NCBI RefSeq assembly: GCF_009834535.1
Contig: NC_045696.1
Span: 33,172,001 to 33,236,000 of the forward strand
Source: Camelus ferus
Lineage: Eukaryota
DNA length: 64,000 bases
Direction: 5' to 3'
Positions within the stretch are counted from its first letter, which is position 1, and each line of letters opens with the position of its first letter. This document shows positions 62,590-64,000 of this stretch, piece after piece. A program made the translations under genes and the position numbers. Below the pieces are notes generated by a model, which saw only the letters and a list, made by a program, of their open reading frames with translations, had not been told where the DNA came from and did no database searches.

Positions 62590-62760
62590 TGAAATATCTT
62601 TAAAACTCAGAATTGTTATTACTACTTTACCAATGAGAAAATATATAATCTGGAGAATGATGCTAGTGTTTCAAGTTGGCACCAGTTAAAATGATATGGT
62701 TTATAATAACAACTAGAACCTCAACACAGTATAGCGATTTTGTTTTCCCTTGATCGTGGC
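62590..62760 (-). mobile_element. MIR fragment
   Basis: tgttattactactttaccaatgagaaaatatataatctggagaatg...tcaagttggcaccagttaa...actagaacctcaa. Confidence 0.5.
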
Positions 62761-62849
62761 TAGTATCATTTTGGGCTTTTCTCATCTGCTCTTTCGTAAT
62801 TTAACTATTCTTTTCAATTTTTCTACCTATTTGATTCTAACAAACTCCT

Positions 62850-63720
62850 TGTGCTCTGTATCACAAGGAAAATAAAGACTACCCATTGTAAACTCCTCCA
62901 ATCTTTAAACTATCCATCATTTCCTTCTTTCATAGATGTATGAATATCTGTCCTTTCTAAATGTAAATCCCTCGTTTTGCTTTATTTATTCCTCAACCTC
63001 TTACCTAGTCCAGAATCTTACTATGTCCATTATCACCCTTTCTTCTGTTGCTTTAATTCTCCAGATAGTTTTCTTTACCATCAAACAACAGATGAGGCTT
63101 TTCTTTAACTCTACTTTTACTTCAAGCTGCTGCCATAACATTTTTCTGTATTCCAAAAAATTCTACTGTTTAAACTCCCTTTACTCCTAGAAACATAGCT
63201 CTCTGGCTTCTTTCCACCTCACATATTACTCTTTTCATTCAGTGAATAAATAGCTAAGAGTAAAGGTCTCAATTTTTATTCTAAATGGCTTTGCCAGATC
63301 AAATGCCCTCTTTTCGAAACTCCTTTCTATGCTAATTTCTGGTTTTCTTTCTGTTACACTGACTATTCACTTTCAGACTTCCCCCTGCTGCTTCTTTATT
63401 TTTGACACTCAAATATAGGTAATCCTTTAGAGCTCCATTCTTGACCCTTCCCTCTTCCTGTGGTTTCCAGACTCTACGTTTAGAGTGTACATACTCCCAC
63501 AGAAAACTCAATCATAGTAACTCCACTTTTATCAGCTTTATACATTGTTCCTAAATGTTATTTAAAACAAAGGATTTGTGGATTAGAAACAAAACAAAAC
63601 ACAAATACACCAGCACCTAGATGACTTCATTCATTATCATCATTTAAAACACACCAGTTGAAAAGCGCATACCTTTTCCCTCAGATTTATCCATTAGATG
63701 TCATTGCATAAAGAAGCCTA
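62850..63720 (+). mobile_element. Ancient L2 fragment
   Basis: gtcctttctaaatgtaaatccctc...ctctggcttctttccacctcac...aatggctttgccagatcaaatg...ctccattcttgacccttccctcttcctg...ccattagatgtc. Confidence 0.55.
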
Positions 63721-64000
63721 TTAAATCCAAATTCACCGTGTTCTTTCATATTAGTATTTGGGCTGATAGCTCTTCCATGATGGTTTATTTCTCTCTCCCC
63801 ATTTTTCCTGCAGGTTAAATTTCAACCCAGTCACAAGGCTGAACAAACACGACTAGAGATTGTAAACACAGTGGTACATGCCCAGACAGCAATGAGAAAC
63901 AACAAAGAGTGGTAGGAACCTTGGTGACCTCGCAGACCAAACAAACACATCTCCCCATCAGATGCTGCTCGCTGACTACCAGTATTCAGCCTTTGGCTAA

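Overview
AT-rich mammalian genomic DNA, almost certainly camelid (alpaca/llama/camel), judged from two tRNA-Ala(AGC)-derived Vic-1-type SINEs. I found no credible host protein-coding exon, RNA gene, CRISPR array or prokaryote-type system. The window is intronic or intergenic and dominated by transposable elements. It holds two degenerate near-full-length LINE-1s on the + strand (31601-39376 with a clear TSD; 51518-61540), each carrying a nested L1, plus shorter L1 fragments, many ancient L2/MIR copies, ERV solo LTRs and MITE-like DNA transposons (MER33-, MER5A- and Tigger2-like). Every ORF-track entry I could assign is a decayed L1 ORF1/ORF2 fragment or an antisense/chance ORF. The most interesting object is a relatively young, TSD-flanked ~3.05 kb L1 (55684-58738) that keeps the 5'UTR, ORF1 and 3' end but lacks nearly all of ORF2 (half-L1/HAL1 architecture). 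Next is a ~100 bp copy of the host L1's 5'UTR end sitting inside its own ORF2. Family names come from recognising consensus-like sequence by eye and need RepeatMasker/Dfam confirmation. Boundaries of old repeats are approximate.
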